This document shows, one piece after another, positions 13,748 through 27,000 of a stretch of DNA of 64,000 bases. Numbering within the stretch: the stretch's first letter is position 1; each line of letters begins with the position of its first letter. The notes beneath the pieces are model-generated. The model was not told where the DNA came from and searched no databases. It saw nothing but the letters and a program-made list of their open reading frames with translations. Origin of the DNA: Vicugna vicugna (Eukaryota). The stretch lies in NCBI GenBank assembly GCA_013265495.1, contig MU058198.1, positions 5,719,779 to 5,783,778 on the forward strand. Reading direction: 5' to 3'. Both the position numbers and the translations under genes were made by a program.

Positions 13748-14710
13748 GAAGACCTAAATAAACATTCCTCCAAAGAAGACATCCAGATGGCCAATAGGCA
13801 CATGAAAAGGTGTTCAATACTGCTAATTATTAGAGAAATGCAAATCAAAACTATAATGAGGTATCACCTCACACCAGTCAGAATGGCCATCATTAAAAAG
13901 TCTACAAATAATAAATGCTGCAGAGGGTGTGGAGAAAAGGGAACCCTCTTACACTGCTGGTGAGGATGTAACCTGGTGCAGCCACTATGGAGGATAGTAC
14001 GGAGGTTTCTTAAGAAAACAAAAATAGACTTACCATGTGATCCAGCAATCCCACTCCTGGGCAGATACCTGGAAAAAACTATAATTTGAAAAGACACATG
14101 CACCTCAGTGTTCATAGCAGCACTATTTACAATAGCCAAGACATTGAAACAACCTAAATATCCATCAACAGACAACTGGATAAAGAAGACGGAATGCTAC
14201 TCAGTCATGAAAAAAGAATGAAACAATGCCATTTGCAGCAACATGGATGGACCTGAGATTATCATATTAAGCAAAGTAAGTCAGACAGAGAAAGACAAAT
14301 ATCATATGATATCATTTATTAATTCTAAATTAATTATTATTAATTTTAAATATCATGATATCATTTATTCATTTTATTAATCTTTTTAAAAGACACAAAT
14401 TTTATTTACAAACCAAAAACAGACTGACAGACACAGAAAACAAACTACAGTTACCAAAGGGGAAAGGGCAGGGAAGGATAAATTAGGGGTTGGGGATTAA
14501 CAGGCACATGTTACTATATATAAAATAGATAAACAAGGTCCTACTGTATAGCACAGGGAACTATGTTCAATTTCTTGTAATAACATATAGTGAAAAAGAA
14601 TCTGAAAAGAAAAAATATATATGTGTGTATGTATAACTGAATCACTTTGCTGTACACCTGAAACTAACACTGTCCATCAACTACGCTTCAATAAAAATAT
14701 TTTTTAAAAG
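13748..14710 (+). mobile_element. L1 fragment: ORF2 C-terminus plus 3' UTR, 5'-truncated
   Basis: agaagacatccagatggccaataggcacatgaaaag..., gagggtgtggagaaaagggaaccctcttacact..., tgatccagcaatcccactcctggg; ends AATAAA with an A-rich tail. Accounts for ORF 13864..14175. Confidence 0.92.
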
Positions 14711-15309
14711 AGACACTGCTATCACCAAAAAGCATTATCCACAGTGCCTGCAGGATACCAAAGGTAACAGAGACATCAACTCTCTCTGAAACCATACAAG
14801 GAGGTATTATTGGGAAGAACCTAAACCACAGTCAGAGAATTAAGTGCTTTTATTCAAATTTATCAGTCAGTGTAGGCTAGGTTATGCTGTGGTAACAAAC
14901 AATCCCACACATGTTACTATATATAAAATAGATAAACAAGGTCCTACTGTATAGCACAGGGAACTATGTTCAATTTCTTGTAATAACATACAGTGAAAAA
15001 GAATCTGAAAAGAAAAAATATATATATGTGTATATATAACTGAATCACTTTGCTGTACACCTGAAACTAACACTGTCCATCAACTACGCTTCAATAAAAA
15101 TATTTTTTAAAAGAGACACTGCTATCACCAAAAAGCATTATCCACAGTGCCTGCAGGATACCAAAGGTAACAGAGACATCAACTCTCTCTGAAACCATAC
15201 AAGGAGGTATTATTGGGAAGAACCTAAACCACAGTCAGAGAATTAAGTGCTTTTATTCAAATTTATCAGTCAGTGTAGGCTAGGTTATGCTGTGGTAACA
15301 AACAATCCC
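14505..15309 (+). repeat. Tandem duplication, period 403 bp (14505-14906 and 14908-15309)
   Basis: Direct comparison by eye: copies identical apart from 3 transitions. Confidence 0.95.
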
Positions 15310-15471
15310 CAGAATCCCAGTGGCGTAAAACGGCAGAGAGAAGGAGATTGACTCTTGCTCATGCTGCACATCCATCAAGGCATGGCAGTGACTCTGCTTC
15401 ATGTTACCTTCCTCTGTGGACTCTGTATTCCATCCCTAAGATAGCCCATAGAGGATGAAGGACCTGGTCCC

Positions 15472-16185
15472 CAGCAACATGCTGGTAAATGTTTAATAAC
15501 AGTTCTCTGGGAGAAGAAAATAAGGATACACATTTATTACAAATTTTGCTGATATAAAGAATGTATAGTATGCAGTTTATATAAGATAATAAAATATGTA
15601 ATACCCTTTATTGTAAATTCCATATAGCCCAATAATTCTCACAGAATGCTTTTATTGATTTTTATTGAACTCATACATCCACAGCCCACCTATAGTGGCA
15701 ATTTCACTATGACTTGATATATTTTCTTACTATTCACAATGTAACAGCTACCAATGACACTTTTTACTTTGGTTTGCCTTTTTCCCATCACTTTCTCAAG
15801 TCTAGACGATCAACCAATGATAAAGCCCTGATTTGTAGCATTTGCCAAATTTCTGTGGTATAAATACTCCCAGTATGACGTATTTCAAGCCAGCAAGGCC
15901 ACTGAACGCAGAGCTGGATGTGTGACAGCACACTGTTATGTAGCATTTCCACTGTACAATGGATGCAAATCAGCTCAAGCGCTTAGGTAAAGTAAAATGC
16001 AGCAAAATAATTAGGAAGTGATGAGTTTCAAGTATGTATTACCTTTGTTTTTAATAAAATGCATTTAACTGTAAGTTTATATAATTTAATCTTTAATGAT
16101 GACTATATTTAAAACAGGCTCACCAAATTCGAGAACATTTAATCATCAGTTCTCACAGGCTGATAGGAGCCAGCTCCAGCTCACG
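15472..16185 (-). mobile_element. MER63-like hAT-Blackjack element
   Basis: Ends cagcaacatgctggtaaatgtttaataac... and ...ggagccagctccagctcac resemble MER63 termini. Confidence 0.65.
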
Positions 16186-16189
16186 TCTG

Positions 16190-16540
16190 CTACTCTCCAG
16201 CTGCTGGGAATGCAGCCCTCAGCCCGCAGCTGTCACTCCGCTCCAGGAATTGCTCTCAGCTGAACAGCTGCGTCTCATCCAAGCTCACATCTCCTTCCTG
16301 GGAGTAACTTACATCCAATGAATGATTGACATGGGGGTATAAAATGTCAGACCATTGCCCCAACTTGGGATATCTCTGACTGAATCCCCAGCTTCAGAGC
16401 TCTTTGCAGAGCCAAATTCTCCATGTGCCCAACCCTGCTTTCTTCCCTTCGCCCAAGAGCACGGCCTGGTACGCCCAAGAGACCTTCAGGTACTCTAAAT
16501 TCTATCTCAGAGTCTGCTTTCCAGGGAGCCCAGCCTTCAC
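16190..16540 (+). mobile_element. ERVL-type LTR fragment (LTR16/LTR33-like)
   Basis: gggggtataaaa TATA region and 3' end ctcagagtctgctttccagggagcccagc. Confidence 0.5.
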
Positions 16541-19500
16541 TCTAGGGTCCAGGCTGAGGGAGCAGCACCACCTGGAACATTTTTGTTGGTCATCATGGAA
16601 GAAAAGAGATATTTCTGAAGGGACTCACTTCTGCTCATAAGCCATTGGTCAGAGCTAATCACATGATCCTACCCAAATATCCTATATCGTTCCCCAAAAT
16701 GGGAGCTCCAGAACACCTGGCAAACAGCACTGGGGATTACCACTGCAGGCACATGACTAGAAAATTGCAGCTCTGAGATGGAACTCCAGGTTTCTCTGAC
16801 CACAGAGAAACTATAGTCTTTCCTCCAGGCTGTATGAGGATTGAATCTTCTTGCTAAGTCCTGAGACTGTGAAGATGAGTAATATTCATTCCCCACCCTG
16901 AGCTCCACTCTGAAGCATCCACAACATGAAAGCTGATACACAGACTTGTCAGGTCAGAAATCCACACATGGATGAATCTTAGTATCCCCAAGAGACCCCT
17001 AAGAGACCACAAGTCTAGGTCGGCAAGTACACTCCATTCTCCTACCTCACATACGTTGCAGACATCACTAATCGATCCTGACACTTCTTCCTGATAAGCT
17101 TGGATGTGCTGAGATCGCCAGTCATGGCTCCAAACAGGTGTTACCAATCAATTAGAGGACACGCATAATTTAAAACCATTTGCCATTCTGAAATCCTCCA
17201 TTTTAAATATAAGGAAACAGAGGCCAGAGAAGAAAAGTTCATAAACCACACACATGGTCAGTCAGTCTGGCACTGTCACTGCAGCAAAGACCCGTGTCCT
17301 GGGATGACAGAGGACAGTCTTCCTAAGGCACCCAGAGTGCTCACTGCTAGGAAGTGGAAAGCCAGCCTCAGCCCAGAGCTTTTCCCAGTAATCCACCTTG
17401 CTTGGTAGCTAATAACTAATAGCAAAAAACAATGATATTTGCCATTTTCAGGGCACATCCCATGTGTGGGGCCCAGTGGTAACTACTTGTAATGCATTTA
17501 TCATTTCCCATCCTTACACCATCCTCAGATGGTTGTTAGCAATAGGTACCATGGGCTCTGTCCAGTTCAAAGATACAGACACTGAGACTCAGGGAGCAAC
17601 AGCACTACGTCTCTCCTGGAGCGGCAGGTTCTATGTCTTTTGATCCTCACAACAGCCCTATGAGTTGGGTAGTTTCGCACCCCATTTGGCAGATAGAGAA
17701 CTCGGGGCTCAGTGACACTGTGTCTGTGACCTAAGGACACAGAGGCAGGATTGGGATCCAGATGGTCTGACTCTAACATCCAGCTCATGATGGTAAATGG
17801 TAAATAGAGAAGTTCGGATTTGAACCCCCGGTTAGTCTGCTGCCCTCAATCACCAAGCTGTACTGGCAGTGCCCACTGCCCACCTGAAGGTGATGCTAAG
17901 GAGAGACCTGGAGCTGGGTCTCCGATGCAGAGATCTTGCAGTCTGCAGAGCAGGGGAAGGCAAGAGAGCAGGATGGCCCACCCCAGGCAAGAGGCAACTG
18001 GCCAATGGGAAGCTGTGATCAGAGGGATGGAGTGTTCTGATATTGGCCAGATCTCATGTCCATCACCGGGCTACACATCCCCAGGGCTGAGCGCAGTCGC
18101 TGGCATAGATTTAGGGACCCGCAAAATACTTGTTGAGTGATTGTTTCAGTTTACTTTTACTGCATGGAGAACCAGCTCTAAACGTAGTGGCTCAAAACAA
18201 GTCAGCGTGTTTAGCTCATGCATGTAGTAGGTTTGCTGGGCTGGCTCAGTGGAGCTGGATGGTCGAAGGTGGTTCACCCACATGTTAGCAGGCTGGGTAC
18301 CATCAGCTGGGGGGCTCAATTGTGTCCCCCGCAGTCTCTGCTCACCCAGCAGGCCAGCCCCAGCTTGCCCACGTGGAGTCCGAGGGCAGCAGCAGGGGAC
18401 TAACGTCTGCTGGTACTGCGTTTGCTAACATCCCATTGGCCAAAGGCCATCACATAACCATGCTCAAGTCTGAGATTTGGAGAAGTAGACTTCACTTCTT
18501 AGTGGAAAAAGTGCTTTACAAAGGGACTGGGTACAGGGATAGGAAGAACTGGGGCCCATTTTTGTCACAACCTCCCACAGGGATTGAGCAAACAAATCAA
18601 TGAATAAATAGAAAGCTGAGAGGAACTAACAAAAAGGTTCTGTCCAGGCGGAGCCCCTGGACTCTGTCTGACCTCAGAACCTCTTTTATTTCTCTGTCCA
18701 TAGCGAGGAGCAGGGGACAGAGAGCGCACATGGCCCTCAGATGAGATGAAGTGGCTGGGGAGAGGCCAGCAGGAGCGAGGAGCTGAGCAGGTCCACGTGC
18801 TGGCCGAGCCTGGACTCTGGCGAACATTCCTCCCGCAGGTCCCCAGCTAGCCCCAGGGAGGAGAGATGTGCTTGCGTGGTCAGCAGGTCCCTGTGCACCA
18901 CCCTCCTCCCGCCCCCTCGCCCAAATCTGCATGGCTGCCTCTTGTCCCAGCCATCCCTCTGCCCACCTGAGCCACCTTCCACATCCCCCCATGCCCCTTG
19001 TGACACATGGCGCTGGGGAGTGTAATTGCCATAGTGATTACTTACAGCCATTACATTAAGTTTTAAAGTGCTCCCTTCAAATTGAACAATGTTTTTTCAA
19101 AGTCAACAGCTGGTTCACAGCTTGAATGCAACCGTTAGGATAAATTAAATAAAAAGGGTAATAAAATCACAGTCTAAATTTAATTTCTTCAGAGTGCATA
19201 GGCTCAAAAAAAAAAGAGCATTTAAATAATGCCTTGAAAATACAGCCAGAAAAGCAGAAGTTAATTCACTCCCTGATTATGTCAGCTAATGGGCACACAG
19301 GCACAATTAACCACATTATTGCCCTGGTGTGGACGAAGCCCCAAGCTCATTCCCAGGGTTCCGCTGTATAGTCCACAGGTCTGTGTGCAAAGGGGTTATC
19401 AGACAGGGGGCTATATATGCACACAGGCTCAGTAACAGCAAAGATAATGGACAAGGCAGGCTGCCATCCCAAAGCGTCTTCCCATTACCCGCAGCTACCT

Positions 19501-19621
19501 GAGGTCACCTGCCGTGACCTGCCAGTGCAACTGCCTGCCGTTACCTGGAAGGATGGCTGGAGCATCTTCAAACTCGCTTGTATGCAAGCTGCAAAAAACA
19601 GCCACTAAAACCCTTTGCCTC

Positions 19622-20192
19622 TGAAGGGTAACAGAATATGCCACCCTAAAATATGCCACTTTGGCATAAAGATTCTTTTGAGCTGAAGGCAATTGGAAAA
19701 AAAAAAAGATTCAAGAAAAGCTCTCCATCCTCCCTTTGTTTGCCTAAAAGCAGAACCTAAATTTTTAAAGATGTCCCTCCTCTCTCTCAGGATGGACAGA
19801 AGTTAATCACTGGACACCACTCTAGACTCTCATCAGGGTAGAGATGGCATCAGAGGAACTGACATAATAACTTGTACTCAGTGGCTCTCATCTTCCATTG
19901 GTTTCCCCATTTAGTTATCTTCCCATAATTTGCTGCCTTAGAAACTCAAAGTCCTTTTCCTTTTCATGACACTTCTCTAACACTATACCGTGCCTTTTTA
20001 AGGTGCTATGTATGCCCGAGTTATAACCACCCCCCGAGTTAGTCAGCCCTGGATACTCCCATGTGTATGCTAGATGTACACATCAATAAACTTGTTTGTT
20101 TTTCACTTGTGAATCTGGCTCTTGTGGGTCTAATTCACACCCGGTGAATCTAAGATGGGTGGAAGGAGAAAGCACTTTCTTCCTCCCCTACA
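19622..20192 (+). mobile_element. Solo ERV1 LTR (MER34/MER39-like)
   Basis: TG...CA termini (tgaagggtaacagaatatgccaccctaaaatatgccac ... ttcctcccctaca), internal AATAAA, perfect 4-bp TSD CCTC (19618-19621 and 20193-20196). Confidence 0.85.
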
Positions 20193-21304
20193 CCTCAAGG
20201 CAACTTGCTGTGTGACCCACATAAAAAGACCAGTCCAGCACTTCCTCCAGGACTGAACCCTACATTCCAAATTTGGAGTCAGTCTGGACTTGAATCCCAC
20301 CTCTGCCACCTATTTGCCATGTGACCTGGGGCTCATTTCTCAAAGCCTCAAGTACCTCCTCTGTAAAAAGGAAACTCATTCTTTCACAGAGTCAATAAAT
20401 ATGTACTGAGCAACTAGCCTGAGCTGGGCCCGTTCACAGGTACCCAGGACACAGCAGTGAACCAGTCGAACAGAAATCTCTGCCTGAAGGAACAGACAAT
20501 GAAAACAATCAGGAAGCAGTAGGTATAGACTGGGAGAAGGCAATTCGTGTTTTGAGGAAAATAAGGTAGTGGAAGGAGGGGGTTGTAATTTTAAATAAGG
20601 TGTTCAGGGAAGGCTCCACTGAGAAGGGGCTATTGGAGTAGAGCCCGAAGGAGAGTAGGGAGCCAGCCACATGGATATCAGGTGAAGAGCATCCAGCCAG
20701 AGAGACAAGAAATGCAAAGTCCCTGAGGCAGGAAGGAGGCTGATGTGTCCAGAGATGAAGTCAGAGTGCTAACCAGGGAATAAAAAGATCCAATTCGAAG
20801 AGCTAATCCATTCATTCAACCAGTATTTCCTGAGTAATTAATACACACACCAGACAGGTTTGCTGTGAGAATTAAGTCAGATCAAGTGAGGGCAGTTCCT
20901 GGCACCCACTAAGCTCTCCATACCTGTGAACCACCATCACTGCAGAGAGGTGGACCCCCTTGCATCCTGGGCAGGTGGGGGTGGACACACTGCTCCAGAG
21001 AGCCTGGGTCCCAGCTCTGCTTTCTGCCCCCGGGGAAGGACGCAACCTCACTACCAGTGAGCCTGGTGCCAAAACCGTTGAAGCCCTTTAATGGAGTGCC
21101 CAGGTGGCTGGGGGTTTCTCCCCGGCTGTCGGTCCAAGCATGGAAGGTCTGCATCACAGAAAGTATTCTGCTGCCCTCTCAGCCTTCGCGTGCACAGGCA
21201 GTGGTCTCTACCGCCAAATCTGTAGTCCACCTGCAATGCTGCAATTATTTACTCTTCCTTGTTACTACCCAGCCTGGGCACCCTATTCCAGTCACTACCT
21301 GAGT

Positions 21305-21323
21305 TGGCCACCAGGGGGCTCTC
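21305..21323 (+). promoter_or_regulatory. Candidate CTCF site
   Basis: TGGCCACCAGGGGGCTCTC versus consensus TGGCCACCAGGGGGCGCTA. Confidence 0.6.
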
Positions 21324-21719
21324 AATGCTCCTTTTCCCTCCCTTCTCCCATTAATGGATCAGACAAGGTCCCACATCCCACCAACACACACACACACCTC
21401 CTCCTCCTCCATCTTCATCTTCATTCTTACTCTTGAAAAGTCTTGGCCCCAGGGCTGGCATGGTAAGAGGTAACCTGGCGTCTCCTCTGACTTTTGAAGG
21501 ATGTTCACCCTGGGAGGGTCTACTGGGTCATACAGACCAATTTTCAGTCTTCCTTTTTGGGGCTTCCTTTTTCCACTACTATGCCCTAATGTGGTCCCTC
21601 CTCACCTTAAAGAAAGGGCAGCTGATTCTTCCTACTTTTAAGATGGAGATGGAGCAGGTGAGACTCCTCCCATGGTCCCACACCCCCCTTAGGCTGTGAC
21701 ATAGAAAAGATTATCCAGG

Positions 21720-21873
21720 GAAGCTTCCCAAACACTTTGGTGCATATGAACCACCTGGGTGTCTTGTGAAACTGCAGACTCTGACCCAGGAGTTCCGGGG
21801 AGGGGCCTGAGGGTCAGCATTTCTAACCAGCTCCTGGATGCGCTGATGCAGCTGGTCCAAGACCACACTGAGT
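21720..21873. mobile_element. MER5A-like MITE
   Basis: cacctggg..cttgtgaaactgcagactctg...ggggcctgag...gcatttctaaccagctcc...gctggtccaagaccacactgag. Confidence 0.75.
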
Positions 21874-23894
21874 GGAAAGGGTGGGGGCTTACGTGAAACT
21901 TTCTTCCTCATAACTGCCACAGCATCCCTGCACTCTCTGTCTCTCTCAGGACAGAAAGCATCATTTATTTAAAACACATATATATTTGAAATAACTCAAG
22001 TAGCCATGTCTAGGAGACCAGTTAACCAAACCTTAGTATAGCATACAACGGGTGGAGTACCATGAATGCTTATAACATCCAGCCCTCTGAGAGGGGAAGC
22101 CCTGATTGGTAGAGTTTGCCCACTTCTGTTGCGCAAACCCTTCCTCCAGGGCCAGTTTCAAGCTACCAACATGGCGTCAACCAGCTCACAAATTTCTGAC
22201 AGTTTAGCAGTCAGTTCTTTTGATTCCAGCACACCCTGCTATGCAGCTGTAAAATATATATATGCTTATAATAGCAAGGAAGCTCTCTCTGTATGATACG
22301 GAAAGAACACCAGAATATACCGGTAAGTGGAAAAAGCAAGAGACAGAATAGTATATATAGTTTGCTACCTTTTGTGTAACAAAGGAGGGAGGTACAAATA
22401 CACACACACACACATACACACAGTTGCTTGCGTTTGCATAAAGAAGTTCTAGAAAAAGACACAAAAGTAACAAATGTGCTAAGAAGAGACAGAGAATACA
22501 ATGCACAGAGACAAGAAAAAGAGTGATGTTTTTCGTAAATATCTTTTTATGTTACTTCGATTTTTGAATTATGTAAACACAATACAGCATCTATTCAAAA
22601 ACTTGAAGTAAGAAAGAAAACGTATAGAGAAGGCAAGCAAGTGATTGTGACATTCTTATTGGGGTCACGGGTATGAACTGTTCCATAACTCCTGAAGTAT
22701 ATGTCCCATTTCTTCAGGTTTCTACATCAAGTCATACCCCCATTAGACAGTAAATTCAATAGTAATCAATTTCCGGAGTCTTCTCCCTTCTGTGGATCAT
22801 ACAAGGACCCCAGGGTTTGGTCCAAAGTAATTAGAAACAATTCAGTTTTCAGCTCTTGCAATCATCATTCTCACAGTTGCTGCTTGTGACTGTAGAGCAG
22901 AGGAACCAAGAATTGACACTAAAGCTTACTGCCTATATTTCAATCCCAGCTCTCCCCTTCACTGGCTGTGTGACCTTGGGCAAATGGCTAAACTTCTCTG
23001 TGACTCAGCATCCTCATCTGTAAAGTGGGAGTCATAATGAGACCTATGACTTGGTGTATTAAATACAATGAGACCAGTGCCTGGCACTAGTGAGCATTTG
23101 ATAACTGTTTGCTACTGACACTGTCACCATCACGCACAATGTCCCATCAATAACTGCCCTTTGGGGTGGGTGACAGATATCCATCAAGGGTCCTCTCCAC
23201 TGATGCAGGCCTGTTTCAGGCACCATGGATCACACTTCCCAAGGCTGCAGGACTGACAGACCAGCATCCACAGCCCTCACGGAGTCACCCCACCGAGGAC
23301 CTGCCACTTGGAGGGCCCTGAGCAGGGGGACTCACCCACATGGCCACCACCTTCAGAAATTCAGCATATCCTCACCCAATCTCAGAAGCTAAAAAACCTC
23401 TTTCCCCTCCAAGCACCAGACCCTTGCAGCTCTGCCTTCCGGATGAGTCAGCTAAATTCCCCTGCAGGGAGTTTCAAACACCCAGCATTCTCATCACCCA
23501 CATCACAGTCTCCAGAAGTACCTGTTAAAAATGCAGAGTCCGGGGCCCACCTCAGAGCTGCTAGCACCCTGCACTCAGCACTTCCGCTCTCAGGGCTGTG
23601 AAACCTCTGAATGTGCAGCAGGCCCTGGGGAAACGGAGGAAAGACCCCTTTCATTCCTTTCTGATGAGCCTCAAGCAATGAGAAGAAAAGGGAAAATAGA
23701 TTCCCAATTAATTTTTCAATAATTCACACTGCTCGCTAGGCATAACTGAGCCAGCTTGAATTCTGCTGAAGTAAATCATTTCTCGACGCTGGTACTTTAA
23801 CTGCTTTTAATATCCAGTGATTAGAACCAACATCAGCCCCTCATCACAAATTTGGGAGGCCAGTAGTAGGGTACAAACTTTGTTTCTTTGTATG

Positions 23895-23973
23895 TTTTTA
23901 TTTGTTTGTATTGAAGTATAGTCTCTTTACAATGTTATGTTAATTTCTGGTGTACAGCATAATGATTCAGTTA

Positions 23974-24004
<31 letters not shown>

Positions 24005-24085
24005 ATTCCTTTTCGTTATAGGATATTACAAGCTGTTGAGTATAGTTCCCTGGGCTATACAGTACGTCCTTGTTGTTTATCTATG
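23895..24085 (-). mobile_element. 5'-truncated L1 3' end containing a (GT)14 microsatellite (23977-24004)
   Basis: ttgaagtatagtc..tttacaatgttatgttaatttctggtgtacagcataatgattcagt; same family as the 12158 and 59270 fragments. Confidence 0.8.
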
Positions 24086-27000
24086 GTGTCAACTTTTTAT
24101 CCCTCAGCAAACTTTCTGCCCACCAAACCCTGTCCAGAACCCTGAAACAGTGAGTCACATTTCATGCAAATTTTCATTATGTGACTTGGAAATCAGGCGA
24201 TTTAAAAATATTAATAAAGACTCGCCGTATGCTAAGATTTTGAAATAATGCAGATCTTGCTTTACATTCATCCCTGTGGGAAATTCAGTCTTGAATAATG
24301 CATGGCTTCAGGAATGAATCTCTTGCATAAATCTGATGCAAGTCTATCTGCTTGGATGGGGGGGTGAATCCCACCACTTAACCCTTTCTTTCCCTCCCCT
24401 TTGTCTCCCATGGGAAGCTGGGGCCTGGGCACTGCTAGGGTGTCCGTTCAGCTTTTGAGCTAAGACGTCCTGCACCAGTCACTCTGCTGAGACCTGTGCT
24501 CTCATTCACTCAGTCTAGATCATTTAAGCTCCCTACTATGTGCCCTTCTGGCAATGTGGTCGCATCATCTTTGTGGAGCTGACACTCTGGACCAGCCCTC
24601 CCAACAGCCTGAGATGCCAGCATTATTATTATTGCTCCCGGTTCAAGATGAGGAAACCAAGGCTCTGCCTGAGGTCACCCAACAAGTAAGTTGTGCAGAA
24701 GCCACATATGAACACAGGTTGTCTGATTCCAAAATAATCATTCCGTCTGCTGGTTGAGGAGGAGGGTATTTGGGGATCCCAGATCCTGGCCAAACCCCAT
24801 CTCATCTCAACTACGAGTCTATAGGGGAGGTCATGGGTCCTGTGATCAGACTTCTGTGATCAGCGCTGGAGACGGGAGCAATGCCTGTGTGACACAGCCA
24901 CCCCACTGCAAGGGAGGTCGGGAAGGCATTTAGTGAGTACCCTGTTGGCCCCTCCCATCTCATACATATGTAGATATAGATATAGAAAGATACAGCTACA
25001 TGTGGGACTTCTGTTATCAGAAGAAGGAGTGGATGTTGGGGAGGCAACACACAGTGTCTCCTGCGAAAGGAAGCTTCAGTAAAGGTCTGGAAGAATGAAA
25101 GGGAAGTTCCAGTTGGACAAAGGCAGGGAAAAAGGCAAAAGGCTCAGCAAAGTTAAACATTCAGAGGCAGGAGAAGTCAGTTATTAACTTGGAGACCCAG
25201 ATACGGAAGAGGGGGCCTGGGGACAGAGAACCAGCCTGAAAACAAGGCTGGGGCAGCCACAGTGAGGAGACGTCCCCAGACTCTCCCATCCCCGGCAGGT
25301 GGGGCCCTGGGTGGGAAGGGAAAGGGGCCTGTGCTCCTCTTCACACCTGTCTGGATTCACACAGGGACAGGCCATCCCCACGTGGGTGTGTTTTGAGCTT
25401 CTCTGAGTCAAGCTTCCTCTTCATAAGAGCATGGTATTTTCTCCCTCAGAAAGTCTAGATTCTATGAAATGTTACATTCACTTTGCTTCTATAAAACAGA
25501 CCCAAAGGCTCTCGGTCCTCTCGCTCTGAATTCTGCATCTATTCAGAGCCCAGTACGCTCCCATGGATAAAGAAAGACGGCAGGCATCCCCCTTTCATGG
25601 CTGGTATGCAACAGGTGCTGAGCTAATGATCAGCTAACCTGGGGGTCCCCAGGCCCATCTGCCTAATTAGCAGCAGTGACTTGGGTTTACCTGGTTTGAC
25701 AAGAACTTTTTGCCTCAAGAGTCTTGCTTTTCCATCAGCAGTATTTATGGATTCTCCTAAGGTCCTCACATATACTCACAAAAAATCTGAGCCCATCAGA
25801 AATAGCTGCTGCCCCACCAGGCACCAATGTCCCCATCCCCCCAGACCTCCAAACGTCACTGCTGTGCGCACTGTGATGGAGAGGGAGAAGCCATGGAGGA
25901 AAATAGATTTTTTTTTTTTAAATTCACTGTTACAGCAGCCTCCTGTCCAAGCCACCTGGGCCTAGTGTGTTCCAGAAGAAAAGAGTTCTTTCTGTTTTCA
26001 GTTACAGCCATCTCCAACCCTGCACAGAGACAGGCTCCCACAGGTAGAGCCACCAAAAAGATCTGAGTGGCCTCCTTCAATCCCGCCGTAGACACTTTCT
26101 TGACTACGAGAGATCCTGGGGAATCTCTGTACACCTCCCAGTGAATTCCCCTTCCCGAGAGCTCCCGAAGGGCGGGGCCCTGGCAAGGGCGTGTGTACCA
26201 TGTGACTCCTCCCTGGGCCACAGCCAGGGGGCCGGCGCATGTGCAGCTGACCCGCGCTGGGCCATCAGATGTATCCCGCACAAGAATTGGATGCTGGGGC
26301 CAAGAGACATGGGGTCTACTTCCCGGAGGGCTGGAACTTATAACTACGGCTCCCACGTGAACCAAAAATCTGAGAAACCGCATCAGTACACCGGACAGAG
26401 AGAAACAGAGATGAGAGGCAGATTGACGCAGGTCCACTTCCCAGCTCCAGGCCTTTCCTGCCCTTTCCATGAGGTCAGGATTTCCAGAGGCCTCCGTATC
26501 CTCTACGCTCACCAGGGCTCTTGGGTGCCTGCAAAGGCTCCACTCTAGCTGGCTGGGGAAATAAAGGCATTTATCAGGCAACAGTCACTGAGTCTCCAGA
26601 AAAGCTGGAGGAGAATTGAGCTTGGAGCCCACAGAGCCAGGAAGAGTCCCCAGAAGCCCCTGCAAGGATACGACAGCAAAGACCCTGCAGCGCCTCCTCC
26701 CGCGGCGGGGCTGGGCCCGCGGCACTCCTGCCAGGAACCTTCCTCTCCCTGTCCTGAGAGTGGAGTCTGCACCTCAGTTGCAAGGGGTGGGGGGCTGCCA
26801 GGAAGCACCCCTGGCTTCTGTCTTCAGGAGGCAGAGCTACGAAGGAAGACAGTTTCCCAAAGGTGATCAAAAGAAATCACAGAGCAAGACAGGTGTCTGC
26901 TACATCATTGTAGTAATATCTTTTTTTTTTTTGGCTCCTGTTGGTGGCTTCTACAAGGTCATGATGACACTCTGGACTCAGGATCCTGGACCCCTTTTAC

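Noticed and set aside
13864..14175. 103-aa minus-strand ORF resembling database 'hypothetical proteins'
   Set aside because: Antisense reading of the L1 ORF2 end and 3' UTR.
14295..14375. AT-rich quasi-palindrome or hairpin
   Set aside because: A small local duplication of aaatatca(ta)tgatatcatttatt inside the L1 3' UTR; no evidence of function.
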